Positions 1 through 10,200 of a stretch of DNA of 64,000 bases are shown here, one piece after another (position 1 is the stretch's first letter; every line of letters begins with the position of its first letter). The translations under genes and the position numbers were made by a program. Source of the DNA: Candidatus Heimdallarchaeota archaeon (lineage in GTDB: Archaea; Asgardarchaeota; Heimdallarchaeia; JABLTI01); NCBI GenBank assembly GCA_019058275.1, contig JAHLVW010000083.1, forward strand, positions 1 through 64,000. The letters run 5' to 3'. Under the pieces are notes generated by a model, which worked only from the letters and a program-made list of their open reading frames with translations, was not told the origin of the DNA and ran no database searches.

Positions 1-2
1 AC

Positions 3-465
3 ATAGAACCAAGTAGAGCAATAGCACCATTATGGATAAATGAAGCAATTAGAAATGAAGAGATTACTCCTAATGATTTCGAGACAGAACGTGGGAAAAG
101 GTATGAGAAATACTATTACATTGAACCAAATTCTCATGCACATGAAGTAGCAAAACATAAGTAAACAAATCCTCCAAACAAGATGTTCTTTAACAACAGG
201 CTTTGAATCAACAACTAAACGAACGACAAATAAGTCAGCTGAACAACTCAAAAGATTGCTAAATCAACTTTCTAATTCTTCAGTTGAACTATTTGTTGGG
301 AACAGAAACAATGGACAAGAGAAAACTATCTGGAGGAAATTACAGGAAACGAACAATCGATCTTCCTTGACTGTTAAAGAGTTTCAATTGTTGCAAAACC
401 ATGTTCGAAAATTCTTCCGAGAGGAATTTTCCTTTGAACCATTTACCATTGCCAAGATAGTATAA
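3..465 (+). pseudogene. 5'-truncated hypothetical ORF with an apparent frameshift near 150-165
   Basis: Frame 3 is open from the window edge to TAA at 162-164. Frame 1 is open 151-465. Removing one A from gcaaaacata joins them (...HEVANISKQILQTRC...). Co-oriented with the next gene, which starts 12 nt after the stop. Confidence 0.4.
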
Positions 466-477
466 GGAGATGAGAAA

Positions 478-1164
478 ATGCCAAAGAAAAACAGTGTTGA
501 AAACAATAGTGATCCAATAAGAACTTTAAATGGTGCTATTGTTGAAATCCTTGCAGATGACGATATTCGGATTCGAAAGAAGAAGAATATAGTACGCTAT
601 AAGTTAGTCCTAGAAGAAGTCATTGCTAAAGGGTTCATACGTACCCATGCTATTGTTACTAACTGGTTGCTAGAATTATTCGAATATGGAGAATTAAGAT
701 CTTTAACATTTCATGAGCTAATGGAGAAACTCCCTTGGTCCTGGGATAAAACTCGAGAATATTTCGATTCCCTGGAAGAAATAGGAATTGTCCAATATTC
801 CAGAGATTCACAAGGTAGAAAGATTTGCATCCTAACTATTGATAATAAGTATAGAGTAAGGCAGATTAAGAATTTACTTGAATTTTACAAACGAAATGGA
901 ATAGATTCACGAATTACTATATCTGAAGTAAGAAAGGAATATACTAAGTATGGAAGAAAATTGAATGAGTGGTTTTGTAAGAAACATGATGTGAAGAAAC
1001 TATCCACTAAGATTACGCAAGCTTCATCGAGTACAGTTGAGAAATTCATCCATAATATATTTAACATCATTAATAGATCTGAAGAAAAGGAGCTAAAAGT
1101 GAATCTACTAGTGTTTTTGAAGGAAAACCCACTATTGATTCATTCACTTAAGAGGAGTGGGTAA
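478..1164 (+). CDS. Winged-helix DNA-binding protein (hypothetical)
   Basis: LTFHELMEKLPWSWDKTREYFDSLEEIGIVQY has wHTH spacing. Basic protein. SD-like AGGAGA upstream. Confidence 0.55.
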   Translation: MPKKNSVENNSDPIRTLNGAIVEILADDDIRIRKKKNIVRYKLVLEEVIAKGFIRTHAIVTNWLLELFEYGELRSLTFHELMEKLPWSWDKTREYFDSLEEIGIVQYSRDSQGRKICILTIDNKYRVRQIKNLLEFYKRNGIDSRITISEVRKEYTKYGRKLNEWFCKKHDVKKLSTKITQASSSTVEKFIHNIFNIINRSEEKELKVNLLVFLKENPLLIHSLKRSG

Positions 1165-1166
1165 AC

Positions 1167-1922
1167 TTGGTGGTTCTGGAGTATGAATTAAATCTGAGTG
1201 CAACAGAATTTCTATATTTTTTGGATTGTCCACAAAAATTCAGACTTTACAGAATACTAAATCCTTTACCAAATAAAGATGATTTCATGAATAGCAGAAG
1301 ATCACTATCCTCCTATGAAATGAGAGGATACCAAGGGAAGAAGGATGATGGTATCAAATATCATCATTTCTTTGAAAAGTTTCACAAAAAATACGCAAAA
1401 GTTATTCATCAGACGGTACCTCCAGAAGAGATATCCGAAGATAGTATAAAACTACTTTATTGGATTAATCAACAAGAGAAATACATCGCTGCAAAGGATG
1501 ATTGTTACTGGTATCCAGTTGAAAGGGAAGTGCGACTAATGACTGAGAAAAAACGAGGTCAAATAGATTGTATAGAGTTTTGTGAGGATAAGTTTGGTTT
1601 ACGGTTGATTGATTACAAACCAAATCCAGAACCTAATGATCAGCTTTTACTGTTGTTCTATGCAACTTTATACAATGAATATCAATTAGAAAATCCAAAC
1701 AAAGATGGCTTAAATTATGAAGTGTTAGAGGTTGGTTGCTATTATTATGAAATGGGGATAAAGGAAATTTTCGACTTGATAGAAGTCAACAAAAAAACAT
1801 TTGATAGTTTTTTTAAAGAAATATTAGAAAAAATTGCGAATAATAAATTCTTCATAAAGAAAAGTTCTTGCTGGAATTGTAATTACAAATATGCATGCAA
1901 TATTGAGCAAAGAAGATCATAA
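1167..1922 (+). CDS. Cas4/AddB-like PD-(D/E)XK nuclease with a 4-Cys Fe-S staple (solo, no CRISPR context)
   Basis: N-terminal LSAT..F..CP; H (KYHHFFE); E (EREV); GQID; IDYK; C-terminal CWNCNYKYAC. Confidence 0.8.
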   Translation: MVVLEYELNLSATEFLYFLDCPQKFRLYRILNPLPNKDDFMNSRRSLSSYEMRGYQGKKDDGIKYHHFFEKFHKKYAKVIHQTVPPEEISEDSIKLLYWINQQEKYIAAKDDCYWYPVEREVRLMTEKKRGQIDCIEFCEDKFGLRLIDYKPNPEPNDQLLLLFYATLYNEYQLENPNKDGLNYEVLEVGCYYYEMGIKEIFDLIEVNKKTFDSFFKEILEKIANNKFFIKKSSCWNCNYKYACNIEQRRS

Positions 1923-1934
1923 TCTTTCACATTC

Positions 1935-2987
1935 TCAGATATTTGTTAGAAACGCTTTTGCAAATGGTGATTTATACAAATTCCCTTCATGTAGATTGAA
2001 GTTTTTACTTAATCCATCACTATTAGCAAGCATTACTAGTGTTAACTCCTTCTCGGGTATTTTTACATACAGAGAAGAAAACGAATTATCCCAGTATCCA
2101 TAGTGCCATACTATCTTATTGCTTGTTTGTGGTTCTTTCTGAACAAACCAACCTAAAGCATAAGGTAGTTCTATGCCTTTCTTTGTTTTTGGATTTGTGA
2201 AAGCGATTTCTTTAGATTCTTCAGAAATTAGCTCATTGGTATTAAGAGCAATATCGAATTTAATTAGATCAAGAACTGTAGAGATTATTCCAGCTGCTGA
2301 ACTACCTCCTTTTTGTGGATATTTCCCAAGAACTAGATTATTCTTCTTGTCCAAAAAATAGGGTTTAGCTAATCTCTCAAGTATTTCAGGTTTAGATGTA
2401 TCTTCATGGCATGCTAAACTGTCATTCATTTCAAGCTTATCTAATATTTCTTTTTGTAATAAACCCCTGAACTTTTCCTCGAAATTGAAATCAATGGCAA
2501 TACCTAAGAGACCAAATAGCAAACCATTATACCTATAGGTCTCTCCAGGTTCACCATCAATTGTTTGTTGTAGATGATGACGAATAGTAATATTTTGGTT
2601 TTCATAATGATAATTCTTTATGAGATGAGAGAGATCGATTTTTTTACCAAAGTAATCAACTGGTTTTTCTAAATTCTTCTTATTTTTCTCACAGAATTCT
2701 AGATAATTTGGTATATATTCAGCTATGCTCTTGTCAAGATCCATTAATCCTTTTTCCACTAGCTGTAGAATGATTGTTGAAGCAATAGGTTTTGTTAATG
2801 AAGCAATTCTATAGGGAGTAGTTGGTGTTGCTTTAATGTTATTCTCTAGATCAGCAAATCCTAAACCAGCAGAATAAATTAACTTGTTCTTATGAGTAAT
2901 TGCAACGGATAAACCGGTAATACGGTATTTATTCTTCAAATACTTTAGTTTCTTCTCAAATTCTTTAACTTCACTATCAAAATTCAT
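1935..2987 (-). CDS. Serine hydrolase, beta-lactamase class C / AmpC-like
   Basis: SxxK (IASLTK), YRYNG, WHYG and LANSD motifs. Confidence 0.85.
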   Translation of the reverse strand: MNFDSEVKEFEKKLKYLKNKYRITGLSVAITHKNKLIYSAGLGFADLENNIKATPTTPYRIASLTKPIASTIILQLVEKGLMDLDKSIAEYIPNYLEFCEKNKKNLEKPVDYFGKKIDLSHLIKNYHYENQNITIRHHLQQTIDGEPGETYRYNGLLFGLLGIAIDFNFEEKFRGLLQKEILDKLEMNDSLACHEDTSKPEILERLAKPYFLDKKNNLVLGKYPQKGGSSAAGIISTVLDLIKFDIALNTNELISEESKEIAFTNPKTKKGIELPYALGWFVQKEPQTSNKIVWHYGYWDNSFSSLYVKIPEKELTLVMLANSDGLSKNFNLHEGNLYKSPFAKAFLTNI

Positions 2988-3149
2988 TATAGCTCGACCA
3001 TTTCTAAAAACTTCTATGGTTTCAATAGCTAATATATATTAGACAAATTGCATTAGTTTGATTAATAACAAAACAACTAAAATTGCATCTACTGACTCGA
3101 CCCATTACCCTTCAAAATTTCTAACTATTTTATATTTATTATGTTTCTA

Positions 3150-4745
3150 TTAGAAATATTGACTATCTTCATCTACAAAATACTTTGTTGAATTGAATGC
3201 TTTCTTGGATATTAGTACAAAAGGCAATGCCATTATTAGCGTTATTGCCATAATGAAAAAGAGTGGATAAAAGTAATTTACACCATACCTATTTATTATC
3301 CCAATGCTATCTAATAATGATATAATTCCTAAGGTTGCAAATATTAAACCTACAATTGTAAAGATGCTAGCAATAAGGATTATCCTAATTTTTTTATTCC
3401 ATTTTGTTTTTCCAGGAACAACTTTGTTTCTACCAAACATTCCTTTGAATGTTGGAATTAATAAGAATGGGGCTATTAAACCACCATATATAGTAAAGAA
3501 TGCTAAATGCCAAGCTTTCATTCTGAAAGCATTAGTGTTTCTTGAATATATTCCTACAGCTATAAAAGCTATAAAATAAACTATACCAACGACCATTGGC
3601 ATAAAAACCATTAATAAATCATTAAAACTGGAAGTTATATGAGATAATTCCAAACCTCTAACAACATCAATTTTCAGCCAGTACATTAGCGAGTAAAATA
3701 TTCCCATAAAATAGAATGCTGTTAATAAAAAAACAAATGTTGATGAGACAAAATAATCTAAAAATTGTCTGAAAGTTATTTTACTTTTGAAAAATTTTAG
3801 TAGGTTATTCCTGAAAGCTGATACTTGTCCAGTTGTCCAACGATATAATTGGGAAATTTTGTGATCTATCGATTCAGTTACCAAACCTAAAGAAGCAACC
3901 TCATTTAGGAAATAACCATAATGACCTTGCATAGTTATTCTCAGCAGGTGTTCAAAATCTTCAGATAAATGATTTTCAGGTAATGGATAGGAGATTTCTT
4001 TCCTTAGGCAGGCAGAAGTTCCATGAAATATCACTGTTTTTATTCTTCTTTTCCCTCCTTGGGAGCAGAAGAGTTGAAATGATGATAATGCTTCCCATAT
4101 ATGTAGTAAATTACTGACATTTCTACTTTCATATTTACCCTGTACAAATGAATATTCTGGATGTTGCTCAAGAATAGTAACAAATTTAGTGATAATATCA
4201 CTCACTGGTATTTGATCAACATCAAAAATAGTTATATATTTTGCATCTAGTTTTGGAGTTATCTGGTTAATAATTCCAGCTTTAAAGGATCTAGCTTTTC
4301 CCTTATGGAAATTAAAACCGTATTTTTGTACTAATCTCTCACACTCAACAGCATATTTTTTTTCTGAACAATCATCACCAACCCAAACTTCAATATTAGG
4401 ATATGTAATTTTCTTACAACCATCAAGAGTTTCATCTAATAATTTTGGATTAACATTATGAATAGGTATAATGACCGCAACCTTTGGATAATTTTTGATT
4501 CCATTAACATCATAACTAATCTTTCCAACTTCCATTATTCCATCAAATAACTGAATCATTAAATAAGTGGCATAAACGGGTCCAAGTAACTCAAATAACA
4601 ATACAAAAACATTTAGAATTATTCCCACTACACCTAAGGTTTGGTAATTCATTATAATAGATGTCAGAGAAGCAGCAAAATATCCGAAGAGAACTATGAA
4701 GAATAAAGCACCAAATAGATGATTGAAAAATATTTTCCATTTCAT
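3150..4745 (-). CDS. Processive membrane glycosyltransferase family 2 (cellulose-synthase-like)
   Basis: GDD, KAG, DVD (DxD), SED and QLYRW (QxxRW) motifs. Two N-terminal and about five C-terminal TM helices. Confidence 0.85.
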   Translation of the reverse strand: MKWKIFFNHLFGALFFIVLFGYFAASLTSIIMNYQTLGVVGIILNVFVLLFELLGPVYATYLMIQLFDGIMEVGKISYDVNGIKNYPKVAVIIPIHNVNPKLLDETLDGCKKITYPNIEVWVGDDCSEKKYAVECERLVQKYGFNFHKGKARSFKAGIINQITPKLDAKYITIFDVDQIPVSDIITKFVTILEQHPEYSFVQGKYESRNVSNLLHIWEALSSFQLFCSQGGKRRIKTVIFHGTSACLRKEISYPLPENHLSEDFEHLLRITMQGHYGYFLNEVASLGLVTESIDHKISQLYRWTTGQVSAFRNNLLKFFKSKITFRQFLDYFVSSTFVFLLTAFYFMGIFYSLMYWLKIDVVRGLELSHITSSFNDLLMVFMPMVVGIVYFIAFIAVGIYSRNTNAFRMKAWHLAFFTIYGGLIAPFLLIPTFKGMFGRNKVVPGKTKWNKKIRIILIASIFTIVGLIFATLGIISLLDSIGIINRYGVNYFYPLFFIMAITLIMALPFVLISKKAFNSTKYFVDEDSQYF

Positions 4746-4889
4746 TTGCCGATCGAATTACATTTTATACTCTTCTTATATAAGATACATCAGTTATAAA
4801 ATAAACCAAGCAGTAGCCTTTGGTTACTTGACTTAACTGGTTTTTAATCTGTTAATCACTGGTGAAATATCAGTCTATTTTTCAGAATG

Positions 4890-5114
4890 CTAATATTTCT
4901 TGATAACATCAAGTGATTGCTACTTATACTGAGCATCTGGTACAAACATAATACCAACGCCAGATTCTACTCTAGTTATTGTATCACTAATAAAATCCCC
5001 TTCATTTGTAATGTCATATTTTGTGCTTTCAACCAACCATCCTCCTATTACAAGAGCTCGTCTTATGCAAAAATAGTAATTAGTTCTGTTTTTCCTCGAG
5101 ATACTCCCTATCAA
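4890..5114 (-). pseudogene. Decayed copy of a small GGWLV...FVPD protein (paralog of 6860-7150)
   Basis: Shares IRR..V.GGWLVES.KYD and FVPD with the 6860-7150 copy. The REYLEEK segment lies in another frame, and the paralog's Trp (HKW) is TAG at 4920-4922. Confidence 0.6.
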
Positions 5115-5181
5115 TGATCTATTAATCTCAATAGTGAACTGAAGTATTTTGAAATTAAGTGATATTAGAAATAAAATAGTG

Positions 5182-5318
5182 TGTGCCTTGCGTGATTTGA
5201 ATTCGTGGTAAAAATGTACGCAACCCTTGAACTTACACGACCAGTAACTTATGAGCCTGCTGCTCTACCAAGCATTGCTTGATTCGGAAATCATCCGTAA
5301 ACATTGAGCTTTAGGCCC
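5182..5318 (-). pseudogene. Degenerate tRNA-Ile2/Met(CAU)-like sequence with two inserts
   Basis: Minus strand reads GGGCCTA AA GCTC [insert] CTTGGTA GAGC A GCAGG CTCATAA GTTAC TGGTC GTGT [insert] TTCAAAT CACGC AAGGCAC A. The D stem is intact; the anticodon stem and two acceptor pairs are broken. Confidence 0.6.
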
Positions 5319-5442
5319 ATTATTGTAGTGAGTTGAGATTCATTTGTTATTTAAATCTTTTTTCATTCTCAGAATTTAGTTATGAGCTATTTTAGCAAAT
5401 AATTTTTAATACCAAATAAAGAAAAGAGACATGGGATTGTGA

Positions 5443-5976
5443 ATGCCAATAGATATGGATAAATGGTCTAAAATTGTTAGTATTGCATTAGTCTATATTC
5501 AGGAAACTCTTGATGAATTAATTCTATTGCAAATGAATGAAAGCAATATCAAGAATTATTTTACTCAGATGTATTTTAACATTTCAAGGGAAAATGAGAC
5601 TGATGAAACGAAGGCTTTGCTTGAGAAAATTAATCTGTTTAGGGAAAACTACCGCAGAGTATTTGTAAGTGCTCTTGATTTCTTTATAGCCCCACTTCAT
5701 TACCAAATAAAAATCTTGAATAACATTATTAATAATCCAAGCACTAATGCAAAAGAGAAATTAATTAAGTCTTTTAATGTGCAATCCAGAACAGAGCTGT
5801 TTATCAAAAAATTATTTCATGACGAGTATGAAATTATTACCGAGTATCTCAATTTAAAAAATAAGCAATTACAAGTATTCAAAGAAGAAAAACTGAAATT
5901 GGAACAAAATATTCGTAAAATAGATGATGTCAAATTTGATAACTTAAGAAGTGAATTATTCAAGATTAAATCTTAA
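5443..5976 (+). CDS. Hypothetical alpha-helical protein
   Basis: 177-aa ORF with heptad-like helical composition; no motif recognised. Confidence 0.55.
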   Translation: MPIDMDKWSKIVSIALVYIQETLDELILLQMNESNIKNYFTQMYFNISRENETDETKALLEKINLFRENYRRVFVSALDFFIAPLHYQIKILNNIINNPSTNAKEKLIKSFNVQSRTELFIKKLFHDEYEIITEYLNLKNKQLQVFKEEKLKLEQNIRKIDDVKFDNLRSELFKIKS

Positions 5977-6087
5977 TTTCTTCAAAAACAAGGTAAAACC
6001 TATTCGGTGTTTTTCTTTACCTATTTTACTTAAATTAGTTTTTTGATTGCTTATAGTAATATCTTACAATATTCGAATTAGTGTATT

Positions 6088-6582
6088 TTAGTAATTTGCA
6101 TCTCTAATTATTCGATCTGCAGTTAGGTGCTGTAAGCAATTAGGACAGCTACCATTTACTTTGATCCATTCATGAAAATGGGATAAATGGTTTTCTGATT
6201 CACAATAAGGACATCTTCCTATCTCATCATTTGTGGAAAATGATTGCTTACATACTGAACATCTAGATACCCTTCTACCACAACTAATACAATAATCATC
6301 TTGTTTTTCTATCATAGATCCACACCAAACACAAGTGGTATCTTTAGCTTCAAAAAATGAAGAATCTTCTACAGAAAGACCAGATGTTGTTGTTTTAACA
6401 ACAGGCTGTTTTTTGGATTTGTTTCTTGCACCAATTAGTGTGCCTATTCCAATAATACAAACTATAGCTAGAACTACATACCTAAACGTACCAGAAGGAA
6501 CGTAGTTATTTGCTATAAAAATCCCAACTCCAAGTATAAGAGCAGCAGCGATCAAAGAATTAACAGTTTTTTTCTTTGTCAT
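6088..6582 (-). CDS. Membrane protein with a zinc ribbon and a RING-like domain (candidate E3 ligase)
   Basis: Two TM helices; CVWC...CISC; then CSVC-x12-CPYC-x4-HLSH-x2-EW-x6-CPNC. Confidence 0.7.
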   Translation of the reverse strand: MTKKKTVNSLIAAALILGVGIFIANNYVPSGTFRYVVLAIVCIIGIGTLIGARNKSKKQPVVKTTTSGLSVEDSSFFEAKDTTCVWCGSMIEKQDDYCISCGRRVSRCSVCKQSFSTNDEIGRCPYCESENHLSHFHEWIKVNGSCPNCLQHLTADRIIRDANY

Positions 6583-6641
6583 CTTTACATCATGAATTCA
6601 ATATTCAAGATGAATTGGAATAATCAGTGATATAAAGCTAA

Positions 6642-6825
6642 TCAAACGAAATGCTCTAGAAATGCATTGGCAAAGGGTGATGTTAAAAGATCCCCTTTTG
6701 CTAGATTGAATTCCGCACTTAAACCATCGCTATTGGCAAGCTAAATAAGTGTTAGTTTTTTCTCTGGAATCTTCATGATTAATGATGAAAACGCTTCTAA
6801 CCAATTGCCATTTTGTAGCACTTTT
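6642..6825 (-). pseudogene. C-terminal remnant of a serine hydrolase paralogous to 1935-2987
   Basis: Translates GNWLEAFSSLIMKIPEKKLTLI*LANSDGLSAEFNLAKGDLLTSPFANAFL, versus GYWDNSFSSLYVKIPEKELTLVMLANSDGLSKNFNLHEGNLYKSPFAKAFL. In-frame TAG at 6741-6743. Confidence 0.8.
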
Positions 6826-6859
6826 TTTATCCCAATATTAGAAATTAATCTAATTTGTT

Positions 6860-7150
6860 TTAAAAGAGAATTTTGATAGCTCTTGTTTGCATTACTTGAA
6901 GGTTTTTACTTTTTCTAACCCTTGCCATTTATGTTCTGGATCTGGTACAAAAGTTATCTCAACTCCATATCCTTGCTCCAGCAACTAATCCACCCATAAA
7001 CTGAAAGTCAGTATTAAAATCATACTTTGAGCTTTCCACCAACCATCCACCGGGCACTCGGGTTCTTCGAATTACAGAATAGTATCCATCCCCTTTCTTT
7101 TCTTCTAAATATTCCCATTCAAATTTAGTGTATCCTTTCATATTAGTCAT
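6860..7150 (-). pseudogene. Small GGWLV...FVPDPEHKW protein, frameshifted near 6973
   Basis: ORF 6959-7150 continues in another frame as GYGVEITFVPDPEHKWQG to TAA at 6860-6862. Confidence 0.6.
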
Positions 7151-7271
7151 CCATCAAAATCTTATCACTAAGATGTTATTTTCAATTATTTAATAGTAAC
7201 CTATTGGAGTTACTAAATCCTTCTGGATAAATTATTTACTTTTCTAATTTTTATCTATAAAGAAAAGTCAA

Positions 7272-10200
7272 ATGATTAAGAATATTTTTTATGCCAATTG
7301 TTCATTATTTAATTTAGATAATCATCTACAAGTTAGAGGGTTGATAAAGGGATTTATTATGATAAATGTGAGAAAAGCTTTTCGTATTACTATTTTCATA
7401 GGGATTTTGATTTGCATGGTTAGCCCCTTGTTTATACAAGGATTATTACTTTCAAATCAGTTTGATGATGCAAGCAAATGGAATAAAGAGAGTATTATTG
7501 ATGAGAATTTACTTGATTCAACTCAGGATAAGGGGATTGAAGATTCACAATCGATTAATGCGTTAGTTAATTTTATTATGGATGATACTACTCCTTACAA
7601 TTGGATTGATGCTACAAGTGGTTCAGTTCTGTCCTTAAGTGATGATAGTTATGCATCTGTTCCCTTGCCATTTAACTTTGAATTTTATGATCAGTCTTTT
7701 GACACTCTCTACGTTAGCAGCAATGGCTGGATGTCTTTTACAAATACTAATCCATTTGAGATAATTTACGGTAGCTATCCAAAGTCAGACACAGCTTATC
7801 ATTATTCGATATCACTTTATGGTGATGATCTTTACCCATCAGGGGATGTGTATGCCTATTCTGATTCAGATAAAGTTGTAATTGAATACTTAAGTATAGA
7901 TAATTACGGAGGAGGAGAAGCAGGAACATTCGAATTGGTGTTATACAAGAATGGTGATATTCTGTTTCAGTATGACTATCTTAGTACAGTAGTTTCTCCT
8001 ACAGTAGGTCTTAACTATGGACCTGATATTACTTACTATAATAACTACGTAGGTCTATCATCATCAATTGACAATTTTGCAATCTATTTTACTTCCTATA
8101 CACCAGATCATGAATTGTCATATGGTTTGGAAACACCCAATTATCTAGAGAGAGGTGAAAACGTAATTATTAATGCAACTGTTTCTAATATTGGTTTAAA
8201 TACAGAAGTTAATGTTGAACTACAATTGTGGATTGATGACAATTTAGTTGCCAGTCAAACTTATCCAGTTTTAAATGTAGATGATTATCAAACATTACAG
8301 TATAGTTGGACCCCCCTCAGCTTTAGAACTTATAATGTTACGTCTTACGTTGTGCCTGTTTCTAATGAAAATAATGTGTTTAATATTAAAGTAACCGATT
8401 TTGTGGTAGTTGTAGATCCAAACTCAAGAATAGCTTTTATTACTACCCATGGAGAAAATTCCATGCCTGCTTTAAGAACTTATTATGAAGGGGTAGGTTA
8501 CTATGTAGACGATGTCACAAGTATAATTACAGAGAATTTACTTAGTTCATATGCATTAGTTTTTGCTGGAGAAAGTGGTAGTTTTTGGTCATCTGCTGAA
8601 GTAGCTGCAATGGAGAACTACATCATAGGTGGAGGGGTTTTTGTTGGTATTGGCGATAGTAATCCCGCAGATGGAGTATCACAATTAGGAGCTAGTTATG
8701 GAATAACATTTACAGGAACAGGTACTGGTTATACTGGATCTTCTGTAAATATTAATACAACTCATCCAATGATGGAAGGAGTTAATTCTGTCTATATACC
8801 AAGTCCATTTAATGACCTGCTGCTGTCAGGAGATGCAGTTGAAATATTTAGAGATTCTTCTGATACTGCAATTTATGGTGCATCAATAGATATAGATCGA
8901 GGTCATTTTGCTGTATTAGCAGATGACTTTTATGAGGTTATTTATATTGCTGATAATGAAATTATGTTTGCCAATTTTCTAAATTGGAGATCATTATATG
9001 ATCTTGAAGCAGATTATCTGTTTAACAACAAATCTTCTTATGATGTAATAATCGATGTTGATGCTAGTGAAAATACTTTCTTAGTTACTGCCAATTCAAC
9101 AAACAATATTAGTGCATTAGTGGAAAATTTGGGTGGATATAATGAAACAAATGTAGGAATTAACATCTATGCAAATAATTCATTAGTAAATAATAGTGTA
9201 ATCCCAGAAATTTCAATCGGTGAAATAGCTGAATACCAATGCAATTGGACACCAGCAGTCGCTGGGTTTTATGAAATGCTTATTTCTATAGTTCCTCATG
9301 AAAATGAATCGTATCTTTATAATAATGTAACATTTAATGTACTTGTTCTAAATCCTGCGAAAAGTATTGGATTCATCAGAACACATGGGGTACAAGAAAT
9401 AACAAACCTCAAATCCTTCTACAGTAATCTAAACTATTCCACACATAGTTTATTTTCAGATGTTACAGATGAAATACTTAATGCATTTCAATATATTTTC
9501 ATAGGTGAAGGAGGAGGAGTCTATAGTTTAGAGGAAATACAAGCAGTTGATAATTATATTGCTAATGGTGGTATTTGTGTTTGTATAGGAAATAGTCCAG
9601 CACATATTGCTAGAGAATTAGCCTTAAATCATAACATCACTTATACTGATACAAGTCTTGGAGTAAACCTCACAACTACAGTGATCGATTCTACTCATGT
9701 ATTATTGCAAGATGTATCTTCGGTTTTTCTACCAACTGTTTTTAATGCTTTACAGGTATCCGACGAAGCTAGAGCATTTATTTGGGATTCAACTGATACA
9801 GGCATTTATGGAGCAACAGTTGATGTTGAGACTGGACATCTCTGTATATTATCTGATGATTTTGCAGAATATCTCTATAGTGATGATAATGAGGTGTTAT
9901 TTAGCAACATACTATTATGGAAAGAACGACTGCTGGTCGATATAATCAACCCTGATGGAGGAGAAAGATTAGAAGGTGAATATCTAGTAAATTGGATCAC
10001 TTTCAATCATGATGATATAACATTGAATTTTACACTTTACTATTGGGATGATGTAAGCCCAGGTTGGGTATTAATAGTTGAAAACTTAATTAATGATACT
10101 AGCTACCTTTGGAATACCTCAAAAATAGCTGATGGTGTTTTCTATCGACTTATGATAATTGTTAGTGATGGAAACATCTCAGCAATAGATTATTCAGAAG

